DNA of 63,947 bases, counting the filler. It is 8 parts of 8 records of this genome, joined end to end, with 100 filler letters (N's around TTAATTAATTAA, not from the genome) between each part and the next. Parts side by side here need not be neighbours in the genome. Positions count along the whole stretch, not along the records: positions 1 to 13,882 come from DRR723986_15311; positions 13,983 to 21,791 come from DRR723986_15327; 6 more parts are not named here. One strand, 5' to 3'. The notes beneath the pieces are model-generated. The model saw only the letters and a list, made by a program, of their open reading frames with translations. It was not told the DNA's origin and ran no database searches. Below, one piece after another: positions 10,085-20,578 of this stretch; within the stretch, counting starts at the first letter, position 1; each line of letters begins with the position of its first letter. A program made the translations under genes and the position numbers.

Positions 10085-10510
10085 GTGAAAACAGGATTAC
10101 TGGCAGCCGGCCTTGCGGCGGCACTGATGCTTACAGGCTGCGGCGGAAAAGACGATGTGCAGGGCAAGACGGGTGAGGACATCACCGCGAAGTCTTCTGC
10201 AAAGGATATCGGTGAAGCCTACATCAATGAGATGACGCGCATCGCCGACGCGCTGGAAACCGTGGACGATGAAGCGAGCGCCAGGGCGGCCGCGAAGAAG
10301 ATCCAGGTGGCGGTGGATGGCCTGAACCAGATGTCCGAAGAACTCGATGGCGAGATCTCCGGCGTCAAAGGCATGCAGATCTTTGGCGGGCGTTATGCCG
10401 AACTGATCGAAGTGCAGGGCCGGGTCGCGACCTCCATGATCCGCATCCAGTCAGAACATCCCGAACTGATGGACGCACTCAGTGAAGAAATGGATCGGCT
10501 GGAAAACTAG
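10085..10510 (+). CDS. Hypothetical lipoprotein
   Basis: GTG start after GGAAGGGGA; lipobox LTGC. Confidence 0.7.
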   Translation: MKTGLLAAGLAAALMLTGCGGKDDVQGKTGEDITAKSSAKDIGEAYINEMTRIADALETVDDEASARAAAKKIQVAVDGLNQMSEELDGEISGVKGMQIFGGRYAELIEVQGRVATSMIRIQSEHPELMDALSEEMDRLEN

Positions 10511-11517
10511 CCGGCCGCAGCGCCTGAGCGCGCGCCGATAGCCTTCATGGCTTCGGCGGCAATTTCGAATGAACGCAGGCGCGCCGCGTGATCGTGGATC
10601 TGGCCGGTCAGGATGACCTCGTCCGGTCGGTGCCGGTCGATCAGGGCGGACAGCTCCGCGGTGACCTTCTCAGGGCTGCCCGTCGCCGAGACGCGCAGCG
10701 CCCGGTCGACCTGCGCGATCAGTTCCGGAGGGGCCACATCCCGGATGTCGTCCACAGGGCGCGGCAAGGGCCCCGGACGGCCAGTGCGCAGATTGACGAA
10801 GGCTTGCTGGACGGAGGTTCTGAGCCGGACGGCTTCGTCATCTGTATCAGCGCCGAGCACATTGATCGCCAGCATGAAACGGGGCGCTTGTGTCACTCCC
10901 GGTTTGAAACGTGTACGGTAGATGTCGATCGCCTGTTCCAAAGCGTCCGGCGCAAAGTGCGACGCGAAGGCATAGGGCAGGCCGAGATGCGCGGCGAGCT
11001 GGGCGCCGAACAGGCTCGATCCCAGGATCCAGACCGGCACATGCGTGCCCGCGCCCGGCACGGCCTGTACCTGCTGGCCGGGCTCTGCCGGTTCGAAATA
11101 GCTGAGCAATTCGACGACGTCCTGCGGGAACATGTCGGCGCTTTGCTGGCCCCGGCGCAGGGCCCGCATGGTCAGCTGGTCCGTGCCGGGCGCCCGTCCG
11201 AGACCAAGGTCGATCCGGTCAGGATAGAGCGTCGCCAGCGTGCCGAACTGTTCAGCGATGACCAGCGGCGCATGGTTTGGAAGCATGATGCCGCCCGCGC
11301 CGACACGGATGGTCGAGGTGGCCCCTGCGACATGGCCGATCAGGATCGACGTCGCCGCCGAGGCAATGCCGGTCATATTGTGGTGTTCCGCCATCCAGTA
11401 GCGGTGATAGCCAAGCCCTTCGGCATGGCGGGCAAGGTCCACCGTATTGGCCAGGGCCTGCGCGGGAGTTGAGCCCGCAGGCACAGGTGAAAGATCGAGC
11501 ACCGAATAGGGGATCAT
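10507..11517 (-). CDS. LLM-class (luciferase-like) flavin monooxygenase
   Basis: [35 protein letters not shown]. Confidence 0.92.
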   Translation of the reverse strand: MIPYSVLDLSPVPAGSTPAQALANTVDLARHAEGLGYHRYWMAEHHNMTGIASAATSILIGHVAGATSTIRVGAGGIMLPNHAPLVIAEQFGTLATLYPDRIDLGLGRAPGTDQLTMRALRRGQQSADMFPQDVVELLSYFEPAEPGQQVQAVPGAGTHVPVWILGSSLFGAQLAAHLGLPYAFASHFAPDALEQAIDIYRTRFKPGVTQAPRFMLAINVLGADTDDEAVRLRTSVQQAFVNLRTGRPGPLPRPVDDIRDVAPPELIAQVDRALRVSATGSPEKVTAELSALIDRHRPDEVILTGQIHDHAARLRSFEIAAEAMKAIGARSGAAAG

Positions 11518-11701
11518 CAGTCTGGCTCCTCTGCCTTGAAGCGGGGATATGGGGCCGCAACCGGCAGGCCGGTAGCCCCTGAGACGCCGGGAGCCGGATG
11601 TAAGCCCGGATTTTAGGGGACCTCACCCTGCGTGAACACATCTGGCAACCCGCGCAGAACGTACTAGAACTGCCTCCGCACCTGCCTCGAAAGGCCCTGC
11701 C

Positions 11702-12373
11702 ATGATCACGCTGCACCATCTGGAGAAATCCCAGTCCATCCGCATCCTCTGGCTGCTGGAAGAGCTGGGCGTGCCATATGAGGTGAAACTCTATGACCGG
11801 GACCCGGAAACCCGGCTCGCCCCAGCCGAGTACAAGGCTGTCTCGCCGCTCGGCACAGCGCCGGTCATTACCGTGGATGGCACCGCGATGGCGGAGACGA
11901 ATGCGATTGTAGACTATATCTGCGACCTGCACGATGACGGTCGCCTGCGGCCAGCACCGGGCACGCCGGACCGGGCGCGCTACCTGTTCTGGTTCCACAC
12001 CTCCCAAGGCAGCCTTCAGCCCTTGCTGACGAACAAGTTCGTCATGATGGCGATGACCATGCGCGCGCCCTTCCTGATGCGGCCGGTGGCGAAGGCGCTG
12101 GTCGGTGGGCTGGACAAGGCCTTCTTCACGCCGCGCCTCACGGCCCTGATGAACGAGATCGAGAAACAGCTGGGCCAGACGAAATGGTTCGCAGGCGACA
12201 AGCTCACCGCAGCAGACATCGTGATGGGCTATTCCATGGAACTTGCCGCCCACCGCGCCGGCATGGACGAAGCAAACTTCCCGAACGCCCACCGCTTTCT
12301 GAAACAGATGCGCGAGACTCCGTCATACCAGCGCGCCATGGAGAAGGACGGGAAGGGGACAATCCTGCTCTAG
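11702..12373 (+). CDS. Glutathione S-transferase family protein
   Basis: SQSIRILWLLEEL, PLGTAPV, AETNAI, LTAADI. Confidence 0.9.
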   Translation: MITLHHLEKSQSIRILWLLEELGVPYEVKLYDRDPETRLAPAEYKAVSPLGTAPVITVDGTAMAETNAIVDYICDLHDDGRLRPAPGTPDRARYLFWFHTSQGSLQPLLTNKFVMMAMTMRAPFLMRPVAKALVGGLDKAFFTPRLTALMNEIEKQLGQTKWFAGDKLTAADIVMGYSMELAAHRAGMDEANFPNAHRFLKQMRETPSYQRAMEKDGKGTILL

Positions 12374-12378
12374 GCGGA

Positions 12379-12876
12379 TCAGTATTCCAGCTTCGCGGAG
12401 AGATTGAGGTCGAAACACTGCTCGCCCCCTGTCTCGCGTGGCGCGCCCATATCCGGGATCACGGCGCGAGAGGGGCTGTAGCTGTAGCGATTTTCGGGGC
12501 CGCTTGGGGTGCCGGTGGCAAATTCCGCGCAGATCTGGGTAACAATCCCTTCCTGCCGCGTTAGCCGGAAGTTTTCGCCCGAGACCGGATCCTTGCGGAT
12601 TTCTGCCTGTGTGCAGGCATCTTGCTGATGCGCTTCGGACGTGACGCGCGCGAGTTCATTCTCGACGACGGCCAGGTCTTCGGGAATCTCTCCAAACGCC
12701 TGATAGTAGCAGGCCAGCGCCAGTGCGGTATCGGAGACGGCTTGCTGACGGGCAAGGTCTTCGCGTTCTTTCCGGGCCTCGCCCGGTCCACCCGTCACCG
12801 CGATCCCCGCTACGCAGGCGGCGATGATAACGGCGACCAGAGCGCCCCCGTAAATGGTATGCTGGCTATATGCCAT
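12379..12876 (-). CDS. Membrane-anchored hypothetical protein, partner of the upstream DUF5671-like gene
   Basis: One N-terminal TM then GGPGEAR..., KDPVSG, ICAEF, QCF; start overlaps the upstream stop. Confidence 0.65.
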   Translation of the reverse strand: MAYSQHTIYGGALVAVIIAACVAGIAVTGGPGEARKEREDLARQQAVSDTALALACYYQAFGEIPEDLAVVENELARVTSEAHQQDACTQAEIRKDPVSGENFRLTRQEGIVTQICAEFATGTPSGPENRYSYSPSRAVIPDMGAPRETGGEQCFDLNLSAKLEY

Positions 12877-13510
12877 TGGCTTCGTCCCGCTCTGCATGGG
12901 TAATGAAATACCCGAAGATGCTGCCAGCAATGCCCGCAACGACGAGGGACTTCAGCGTAAAACGCCAGGTCAGCTCACCGTTCAGGAAGCTGTAGACGAG
13001 GGAAATGGCGTCCCCGACCAGTACGATACCGGCAATGACGAGGCTGACATAGATCAGCCATTTGCGGATACGGGACCTCTGCAGCGCCGGGTTTTCGTGA
13101 CGTGCCTTCAACAGGATGCGGGCAAGCCACAGGAAAAGCGGCGTGCCGACGACGAGGCCGGAAATCGCGCCGCGGATCTGACGGTCCAGCGCGCTCGCAC
13201 GATAACTCTCCTTCTCCAGAACGTCGGGGATCATCGTGTCGATCAGTGCAAAGAGGAGAGACCCGAGATTGAAGGCGACCACACCGAGCAGGATGAAAAA
13301 GAGCAGGTAGAAGAACGCCTCGCGAGCCGAAAGGTACACGGCTGGTTTTGGCACTGCGACGGGGAAGGCGACATCGGAATAGGCTGCAAGCGCGTCGTCG
13401 ACTTCCTGCGCCCGCCAGCCAGCTTGGACGAGCGCGGTACGGATGGCGCCGCGATCCTGTCCCTTCTCCAGGGCTTCCTTCACGAACTGGGTCAGCGTGC
13501 TGTTCGCCAT
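12866..13510 (-). CDS. DUF5671-like membrane protein
   Basis: N-terminal AGW..EVDDAL helix, SAREAFFY, RSRIRKWLIY, FLNGELT; four TM helices. Confidence 0.65.
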   Translation of the reverse strand: MANSTLTQFVKEALEKGQDRGAIRTALVQAGWRAQEVDDALAAYSDVAFPVAVPKPAVYLSAREAFFYLLFFILLGVVAFNLGSLLFALIDTMIPDVLEKESYRASALDRQIRGAISGLVVGTPLFLWLARILLKARHENPALQRSRIRKWLIYVSLVIAGIVLVGDAISLVYSFLNGELTWRFTLKSLVVAGIAGSIFGYFITHAERDEANGI

Positions 13511-13604
13511 TGGCGGTTTCCTCCCTGCCTGCTCAGAGGCATGTATTGCACACGCAGAGATTGAGGCGGAGAGCCTCTCTTTGCAAGCAATTCGGGGAAG
13601 GAAA

Positions 13605-13882
13605 GTGGAGGCTTCTGTTGCCAGGCGCCTCCGGGCCCCGCCTAGGGGTCTGAAACCCTAGGAGTTAAGTTCGGTAATCATCCGACTGCTTACGCAGCCA
13701 TCAGTTCACCTTCAGCAAAGTTGTCGTTTGCAACTATGTTGATTTGGGCTTCTGAGGGGGCCCAATCCGGCGAAGGCCTCGTCTTTACACGTCCGTCGAT
13801 CCTATTTCGGCCCCGTCAGAAACAGGCCTGGTGAAAAGGCCTGAACCTGCTTTTGGTGGAGCCGCCGGGTACCGCCCCCGGG
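13605..13882 (-). ncRNA. ssrA: Two-piece (circularly permuted) tmRNA; acceptor piece cut by contig end
   Basis: Minus strand: T-arm with GGCGGUA loop, then ...GGCUCCACCA (ends 13854), 39-nt intervening segment, GGGGCCGAAAUAGGAUCGAC (starts 13814), tag ORF ANDNFAEGELMAA* at 13731-13690; 3' limit approximate. Confidence 0.95.
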
Positions 13883-13982
13883 NNNNNNNNNNNNNNNNNN
13901 NNNNNNNNNNNNNNNNNNNNNNNNNNTTAATTAATTAANNNNNNNNNNNNNNNNNNNNNNNNNNNNNNNNNNNNNNNNNNNN
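13883..13982. other. Artificial contig spacer
   Basis: N44-TTAATTAATTAA-N44 (stops in six frames). Confidence 0.99.
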
Positions 13983-13983
13983 G

Positions 13984-14619
<636 letters not shown>

Positions 14620-14774
14620 AATGGATTCATCTTGATGTACGAGCGGCCGATTGGCTTTACGAATAGCCGCGATTGTCTCCGACTGGATTCGTTCGATTCC
14701 TTCGCCGTATTGGGAGATGCGCCGAACGATATGATTCATTGCCTCCCCCCAACACCAGCGCTAGTGCCACCGCC

Positions 14775-14996
14775 ATGTCAGACTCATCCAACACCTCGGC
14801 CCGCCTCGACGAACTTGAAATGCGTGTGGTCCATCAGGACCAGACGATTGAGGATCTGAACGCGGCCATCACGGCGCAATGGAAGCTGATCGACCGGCTG
14901 GAGCGTCAGGTCGCGCGGCTGGGCGAACGGGTCGCCGAAACCGAACAGGCCGTGAGCGAAGCGGCCCCGGTGAACACGCCCCCGCCGCATTACTAG
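14775..14996 (+). CDS. slyX: SlyX family protein
   Basis: RLDELEMRVVHQDQTIEDLN ... PPPHY. Confidence 0.9.
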   Translation: MSDSSNTSARLDELEMRVVHQDQTIEDLNAAITAQWKLIDRLERQVARLGERVAETEQAVSEAAPVNTPPPHY

Positions 14997-15021
14997 ACCG
15001 TTCTGCCGGCGACCGAAGCCC

Positions 15022-15525
15022 CTAGTCCACCGGGCCGTCGTTCCAGCTGTCCCATTGCATTTTCCAGATGCCGTCTTCGAGCGCCCAGAGGATCACGGCC
15101 TTGCCGCCGCCGATGGCTGTGCCGTCCGGCGCGAACAGGGTGACATGGGTGCGCTCAGCGATATGGCCCTCGCCCACCGGCACGGCCTCGACCGTCTGGA
15201 GGTCCACCGACCCGACCACGGTACGGGCCGCCGTCCAATAGGCACCAATCGCCTCGGCGCCCACCTGGTCCGGCGCATCGGGCGGCACGATGCGGCCATC
15301 GATCGTGTAGAGATCCGAGGCGAGTTCCATCGTCTCGCCCGCCGCAAACAGCCGCTCGAAATCGTCATTGCGCACCTCGACGATGGCGCGGGCCTCTTCC
15401 GCCATCATCGCGGCCGGCGGCGACACCTCGGCCACTGGCACGGGCGCCGACCTTTCGTCGACCACAACACAGCCCGCCAGCGTCATGGCGGCGGCGCCCA
15501 ATAGTCCCATTTTAAAGATTGTCAT
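15022..15525 (-). CDS. Lipoprotein with SnoaL/DUF4440 (YybH-like) fold
   Basis: Lipobox LAGC; LY..DG.IVPP, G.WKMQWDSWN. Confidence 0.7.
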   Translation of the reverse strand: MTIFKMGLLGAAAMTLAGCVVVDERSAPVPVAEVSPPAAMMAEEARAIVEVRNDDFERLFAAGETMELASDLYTIDGRIVPPDAPDQVGAEAIGAYWTAARTVVGSVDLQTVEAVPVGEGHIAERTHVTLFAPDGTAIGGGKAVILWALEDGIWKMQWDSWNDGPVD

Positions 15526-15689
15526 TTTCTCGTCCTCCCTGCTCCTTGGAATCGACTGTCCGCGCGAAGCCGCGCCAAGTCAAACATTTCGGTCTTTGAA
15601 GTTCGCGCCCGGCTCCGCTGCGCACCGTCTGCCCTTGCCTCCCCGGCCCCAGGGTCTAGGGTCGTCCGTACAAAAAGGGAGGACACGCG

Positions 15690-16124
15690 ATGGTTCGGAA
15701 ACTTGCGATCACGGCAGCGCTCACGGGCGCGCTCATGGCGGCGGCGCCTGCGGCGCATGCTGGGCCGGATGAGTATCTCGGCGAGATCATCACGGTCGGA
15801 TTCAACTTCTGTCCGAGGGGGACGCTGGAGGCGGATGGGCGGCTGTTGCCGATCAGTGAGAACACTGCCCTCTTTTCTCTCCTCGGCACCCAGTATGGCG
15901 GTGACGGCCGGACGACCTTCGCCCTGCCGGACCTGCGGGGGCGCACCATCATCGGCGCCGGCCAGAGCCCGGGCCTGCCGAACTATGCGATTGGCCAGAA
16001 AGGCACCAGCGGGGCCCTGCCTGACAATAACAGGAACAGCGCCCACCCCAGCGGCGACCCGCAGCCTTATATCGCCCTGAAGCAATGCATCGTGGCGCAG
16101 GGCATTTATCCGTCCAGGAACTAG
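15690..16124 (+). CDS. Secreted tail-collar-domain (MdpB/microcystin-dependent-like) protein
   Basis: Signal peptide (AAHA/G); YLGEI, GFNFCPRG, ALFSLLGTQYGGDGRTTFALPDLRGR, QPYIAL..CI..QGIYPSRN. Confidence 0.85.
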   Translation: MVRKLAITAALTGALMAAAPAAHAGPDEYLGEIITVGFNFCPRGTLEADGRLLPISENTALFSLLGTQYGGDGRTTFALPDLRGRTIIGAGQSPGLPNYAIGQKGTSGALPDNNRNSAHPSGDPQPYIALKQCIVAQGIYPSRN

Positions 16125-16127
16125 ATC

Positions 16128-16616
16128 ATGAAACGCAGCTTCAAATCCGCCGGCCTCGCCGCCCTCTTCGTCCTTGGGGCCGCGCCCCTGACCGCCCTTG
16201 CCAGCGAGCAGGACTGGTCCGCCGACCAGCAGGCCGTTGCTGAGCTTCTCTCCAACGGGCCGATGGGGATCGAAACGGATTTCGAGGCCTGGGCGTCAGA
16301 GTATCACGACGACTGGACGGTCTGGTTTGCCGGCCAGGCCGAGCCCCGCGCCAAGGATCCGCACATGCAACTCGTGCGGGACTATATCGACGGCGGCGCC
16401 CGGGTCGTCAGCTATGAGGCCGAGTTCGCGGATATTGCGGTGCTCGGCGACACGGCGCTCGCCCGCTTCAATGCCACCGAATCCCTGATGGAAGCCGACG
16501 GCTCGCCCCGGACGGTGCGCTATGCCGGGACGGATTATCTGGTACGTTTGGACGGCACGTGGAAGGTCCGCGCGACGACGGTCGCCTTCCTGCCGTACGA
16601 CGGTGCAGAAGAGTAG
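16128..16616 (+). CDS. Secreted SnoaL/DUF4440-like protein
   Basis: Signal peptide ALA/S; YHDDWTVW, GDTALAR, DGTWKV. Confidence 0.7.
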   Translation: MKRSFKSAGLAALFVLGAAPLTALASEQDWSADQQAVAELLSNGPMGIETDFEAWASEYHDDWTVWFAGQAEPRAKDPHMQLVRDYIDGGARVVSYEAEFADIAVLGDTALARFNATESLMEADGSPRTVRYAGTDYLVRLDGTWKVRATTVAFLPYDGAEE

Positions 16617-16670
16617 AAAGCCGCCCCAAAAAAATTTGCGCCAGGCGCGATCCCTTGTAGTCAAAGGGGC

Positions 16671-18090
16671 ATGGGACATTTCAGAAAACTTGCCGCCTGC
16701 GCGGCCCTTGCCGCCGGTGGGCTGTCCGTGCCCGCCATCGCTCAGACCTGCCCGTCGGGCGATGCGCTCTATGCCGTGTTCGAGAAAGACTATTCCAGCT
16801 CCAACGACACCCGCGCCCGCGCCATCCTCTACTGGCAGGACACCGGCGCCAGCGCCGTCGATCATCTAAGCAAGATCTACACCTCGCTCAGCGAATGCCG
16901 CAAAGGCCTCTGCAACACGGGCGAGGAGGACTTCCCCGAAGTTGCCGCTTACAAGCAGTATTACAGCGACAAATTCAAACTCGAGAATGGCTATTCCGAG
17001 AAAGAACCGGTCTATGCCGGCTTCGACGCCCCGCCGCCCGCCATGCTGAAATGGGCGGAACAGCGCCTTGGCTGCACCGCCGGGCCGACGCTGGCAGAGC
17101 GCAACGCGCCTCCGCCCGCTCCAGCCCTTGTCCCGGCTCCGCAAATCATGGCGGCCGCGCCGCCGTCGCGGCAACCTGTTACGCAGCAATCCATGGCGCC
17201 CCCCCGCTCCCGTCTCCGCCTGCAATCTCACGCCGGAACAGCTGGAAAACCCGCAGGCATTCTCCGACAGGGACAACACACTCGCCGTGATCGCGTGGTG
17301 GGCCCTGAAGGGCAAACAGGAACTTCCCATGATCACGCGCCGCGTGGGCACTGACTGGGGCGCCCAAGCCTTCGGCCCATGGACCGGGACGACAAAGAAA
17401 GTCCGGCAGGGCGAAACAAACCAGTACGGCGTCGCCTATGACAAGAAGATGGAACGCGCCATCAAGAAGTACAAACCGCTGCCGCTGGACCGTGTGCCGG
17501 AATATCCTCCACACGACGCGATGGTGGCAGCCATTACGCTTTACGGAGACTGTTTCGGCGAACGCAGTGCGGGTATCGACTTTGAAGAGATCGGCCTGGT
17601 GCGCGGTGACTTCACGGCCGAGTTCTGCAACTCGGCCGCCGCCAGCCCGGACGTTGAACACTATGGCACCGCGGATTGGGCGACCAATCGCTGGGGCAAG
17701 GCCCAACTGGAGTTCCGGTACGACAAGGCTTGCGGGTACGTCCCCGCCGTGGCGTATGAATTCGCTTTGAATGACGATGAGGCCGGCGCAGAAGCCGCCG
17801 AGTTTGCGCGCGCTGTCGCGGAAGAGAAACAACGGCAATACGAGGCTGCCGTTCGCGGCAACAAAATGTTCCAGAAAGCCTATGAAGACAGCGCTGAAGC
17901 ACGTGCAGCCATTGCCGCAGAAAAGCGCGCCAAACAGGCTGCAGAGCAACGGGCTCGCCAGCAGGCTGCCGATGCGGCCTATAACAACATGATCAACCAG
18001 TCGCAGAACCAGATACCCAGTGCGCCGTCTTCAAACCGCCGCGACTGCTATGACCAGGGCGACGGCACGGAAGTGTGCTTCACCGATTAA
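16671..18090 (+). pseudogene. Secreted multi-domain hypothetical protein split by a frameshift at a C7 run (17199-17205)
   Basis: ORF 16671-17354 (signal peptide AIA/Q) degrades after MAPP; ORF 17068-18090 becomes protein-like from PPAPVSACN; deleting one C gives a 472-aa ORF. Confidence 0.7.
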
Positions 18091-18096
18091 AGAGCC

Positions 18097-18717
18097 CTAC
18101 TCCCCCGGGACGCAGGTGAGCATGGAGGTTTCTCCGCCAGCTTCGGAAAAGCCCTGGATGGCGTAACCGTCCATCGGGTTGCCGGCGGGTGTGACCTGAA
18201 ACTTCAGCTCCACTGGCCCCGGGTCGTTCAGCGACACCCCCTCCGGCAAGCCCGTCACGCCCGTTACCTTGCTGGACTTGGTGCCGACGGTAACCTCCGT
18301 ATCCGTCTCATCGGTCACGACATCGGCAGTGTATTCGATGGTCACCTGGAGGGTCTGACCGTCCATCGACGCGAAGTTTTCTTCGCGAATGAACAGGTCG
18401 CCATTGTCCATGAAGGCGGCGAACATCTGCGTACGCATCGGGTCCCCGCCTTCCATCGGCCAGGCATGGCAGACCCAGCCCGCCTCCTCCACCAGTGCGG
18501 AGGCACGCTGCTGTGCGCCGTCGGACCAGGCATCATCGAACCAGAGGCCGTCAAAGGCGTCGTCATCTTCGTCTGCTTCCTCGGGGGCGCCTGCGCCATT
18601 GACCAGATCGTCGATCGATTTGATGTCCGCCAGCGGCGAAGTGTAGTCTTCCTGTGCCAGGGCTGGTCCTGAAAACAGGCCCGCCAGCAGGCCGGCACAG
18701 AGAAAAACACGCATCAT
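18097..18717 (-). CDS. Secreted acidic hypothetical protein
   Basis: Signal peptide ALA/Q; typical codon usage; RBS-like GGGGGA. Confidence 0.7.
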   Translation of the reverse strand: MMRVFLCAGLLAGLFSGPALAQEDYTSPLADIKSIDDLVNGAGAPEEADEDDDAFDGLWFDDAWSDGAQQRASALVEEAGWVCHAWPMEGGDPMRTQMFAAFMDNGDLFIREENFASMDGQTLQVTIEYTADVVTDETDTEVTVGTKSSKVTGVTGLPEGVSLNDPGPVELKFQVTPAGNPMDGYAIQGFSEAGGETSMLTCVPGE

Positions 18718-18776
18718 GAATTATCCCCCGGAGCAATAAATACCAGACGTTTCAATGTGAGCCCCGGGGAGCGTCG

Positions 18777-19106
18777 TCAAGCGGGTGTGTTGACCAAGCG
18801 GTGGACCTTCCCACCCATTACGCCATTGGCCCGTCTTGCCTTCACGCATTCGAAGCTACCAGCCCGGAACGCGCGGCAGGCTTCAGGCCGTTCTTCATAG
18901 ACCTGGCAAACCGCCTTGCCGCCCGAAAGGTCAAGGTGGACGCAGTGGCCGTAAGAGAAGTCCACATAGGTTTGGCCACCCTCGGTGAAGAGGCTCTCGA
19001 GCGGCAGGCTGCGGGCGGTGTCCCAGGGCAGGAGCTGCAGATAGCGCGGGTTCCTGCTGAAACAGCAGGCGCCGCAGGACACACAGTCGAACGACGGATC
19101 GGACAT
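18777..19106 (-). CDS. YkgJ-family cysteine cluster (Zn/Fe-chelating) protein
   Basis: CxxCGACC ... C..L ... C.VYEERPEACR ... C. Confidence 0.85.
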   Translation of the reverse strand: MSDPSFDCVSCGACCFSRNPRYLQLLPWDTARSLPLESLFTEGGQTYVDFSYGHCVHLDLSGGKAVCQVYEERPEACRAFRAGSFECVKARRANGVMGGKVHRLVNTPA

Positions 19107-19320
19107 GTAAGGCGCAATGGGCTCCGGCCGCCCGTTTGTGCCTGTCGCAGCGGTCGGCGGCGGCGCGGATTTACGTCTGAATTGCCGGGCCCGCAAGCGG
19201 GATTTTAAAGGCCCGGGAGGGCGTGGGGGACACGCCGCCCCTTCTCCCACACCTCTCACATGTCATCCCGGGCAGGCGATCTGAATTCATCGGATAGGCT
19301 CAGCCCCTATCTTGTGAGGC

Positions 19321-19782
19321 ATGCATCCTGACCTCCAACGCTACTTTACCCACGTCTGGCCGCTGTTCTGGCCTTGGCTGGTGTGGAACCTGGTGCGCGT
19401 CGCCCGCTGGCACGCGCGCACCGGGCGCGAAGCGCTGATTCCGGTCGATTGCTTCGGCAATATCCGGCTCGTCTGCCTGGCCGATGCCCCGCCGCCCGAT
19501 GCTCTCTACACATATGAAGCCCCGCGCATTCCGCGATGGGAACGGCCTGCTGTCCGCGGCGCCGTTCTGGCGCCCGTGCGTGTCTGGTCCACTATGGTCC
19601 GTCATGATCCGGCAAAGTCCGGTATGGTCATGCATCGTCATGACTTCGTCCGATATAGTCATGGGGCACACGTGCGTGATCCGCCCTGGCGGGGCCCTCC
19701 TCCGAATTCAGCTTTATTCACCGGATGGCAGCTGCCAGTCCGGACGAATGTGCTGGGGCACGCCCCTGCCTCACAGACATGA
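19321..19782 (+). CDS. Hypothetical protein (Trp-rich N-terminus; C-terminus doubtful)
   Basis: RBS GAGG; the N-terminal ~75 aa look protein-like, the rest runs through a 10-bp repeat array. Confidence 0.45.
   Translation: MHPDLQRYFTHVWPLFWPWLVWNLVRVARWHARTGREALIPVDCFGNIRLVCLADAPPPDALYTYEAPRIPRWERPAVRGAVLAPVRVWSTMVRHDPAKSGMVMHRHDFVRYSHGAHVRDPPWRGPPPNSALFTGWQLPVRTNVLGHAPASQT
19581..19661. repeat. Degenerate 10-bp tandem array, about 8 units (core ATGGTC(C/A))
   Basis: tgtctggtcc actatggtcc gtcatgatcc ggcaaagtcc ggtatggtca tgcatcgtca tgacttcgtcc gatatagtca. Confidence 0.6.
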
Positions 19783-19861
19783 ATTTCCTGTTATGCTTAA
19801 ATCTCCGTCATCTGAAGAGATACACCTTGACCGCAGGCCCGGCACAGCGCGTCATTCACAC

Positions 19862-20341
19862 ATGGCGGGCGGTATCGTGATCGAGGAAGAAAAGCGGATC
19901 CTGGGCAGCATTGAAGCCCACGGCTGGTATGCCGCTCACCGTTACGACCCGGAACTTGAAACCCCGAACTACACGTACACGGTCGGCTTTTCGCAAACGC
20001 TGAACGCGCCGGAGTTCATTGTTTTTGGTCTGCACCGCGACGTGATGTACGACATGCTGGCCAGCGTGCACGACCAGATCAAGGCAGGGCGGAAACTGGA
20101 AGACAATCAGGTCTGGAAAGGCCTGCACGAGGATTTTGACTGCGTGACGCGCAAGGTCTCCCACGCCGATGCGTTTGAGAAATACGCCGTGCTGGCCGAC
20201 TGGCTATGGGCGCACAACGGACAGGGCGGGCATCCGGCACTGGTGCAGATCGTCTGGCCCGGCCTGCTGGACGGGCTTTATCCCTGGGACAAGGGATGCC
20301 GCGATACGGTGAAGGAAGCGCAGCCGAAGCTGTGGCGCTGA
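19862..20341 (+). CDS. DUF4262-like protein
   Basis: I..HGW, YTYTVGF, PEFIVFGL, LVQIVWP..DGLYPW. Confidence 0.8.
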   Translation: MAGGIVIEEEKRILGSIEAHGWYAAHRYDPELETPNYTYTVGFSQTLNAPEFIVFGLHRDVMYDMLASVHDQIKAGRKLEDNQVWKGLHEDFDCVTRKVSHADAFEKYAVLADWLWAHNGQGGHPALVQIVWPGLLDGLYPWDKGCRDTVKEAQPKLWR

Positions 20342-20578
20342 TCAAGCATTCAGACGGGCAAAGAGGGTTTGACGTAACGCGTCGCGCTGGCGGCGCAGCT
20401 GGGCCATATAGGCCCGGCAGGCCGGCTCGATGCCGCATTCGATGTCCTGCAGTTCGGCGGTGATGGCCTCATAAGCCTCAGCCAGGCGGACAAAATCCTC
20501 CGCCTCGGATTCCAGTTCCAGGATGCGGCCGACAGCCTTCGGAAAGTCACCGGCGAGACCATGGGGCAATTGGGTCAT
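20342..20578 (-). CDS. YdcH/DUF465-like small protein (divergent paralog)
   Basis: PHGLAGDFP, F.RLAEAY, LRRQR..LR. Confidence 0.7.
   Translation of the reverse strand: MTQLPHGLAGDFPKAVGRILELESEAEDFVRLAEAYEAITAELQDIECGIEPACRAYMAQLRRQRDALRQTLFARLNA

Noticed and set aside
13605..13882. Permuted tmRNA as a novelty
   Set aside because: Two-piece tmRNA is the established form in alphaproteobacteria.
14620..14774. Lower-GC spacer between thiC and slyX as a gene remnant or riboswitch
   Set aside because: No recognisable motif; a TPP riboswitch would lie upstream of thiC, outside the contig.
15690..16124. Prophage
   Set aside because: Only a lone collar-domain gene; no integrase, terminase, capsid or att sites on the contig.
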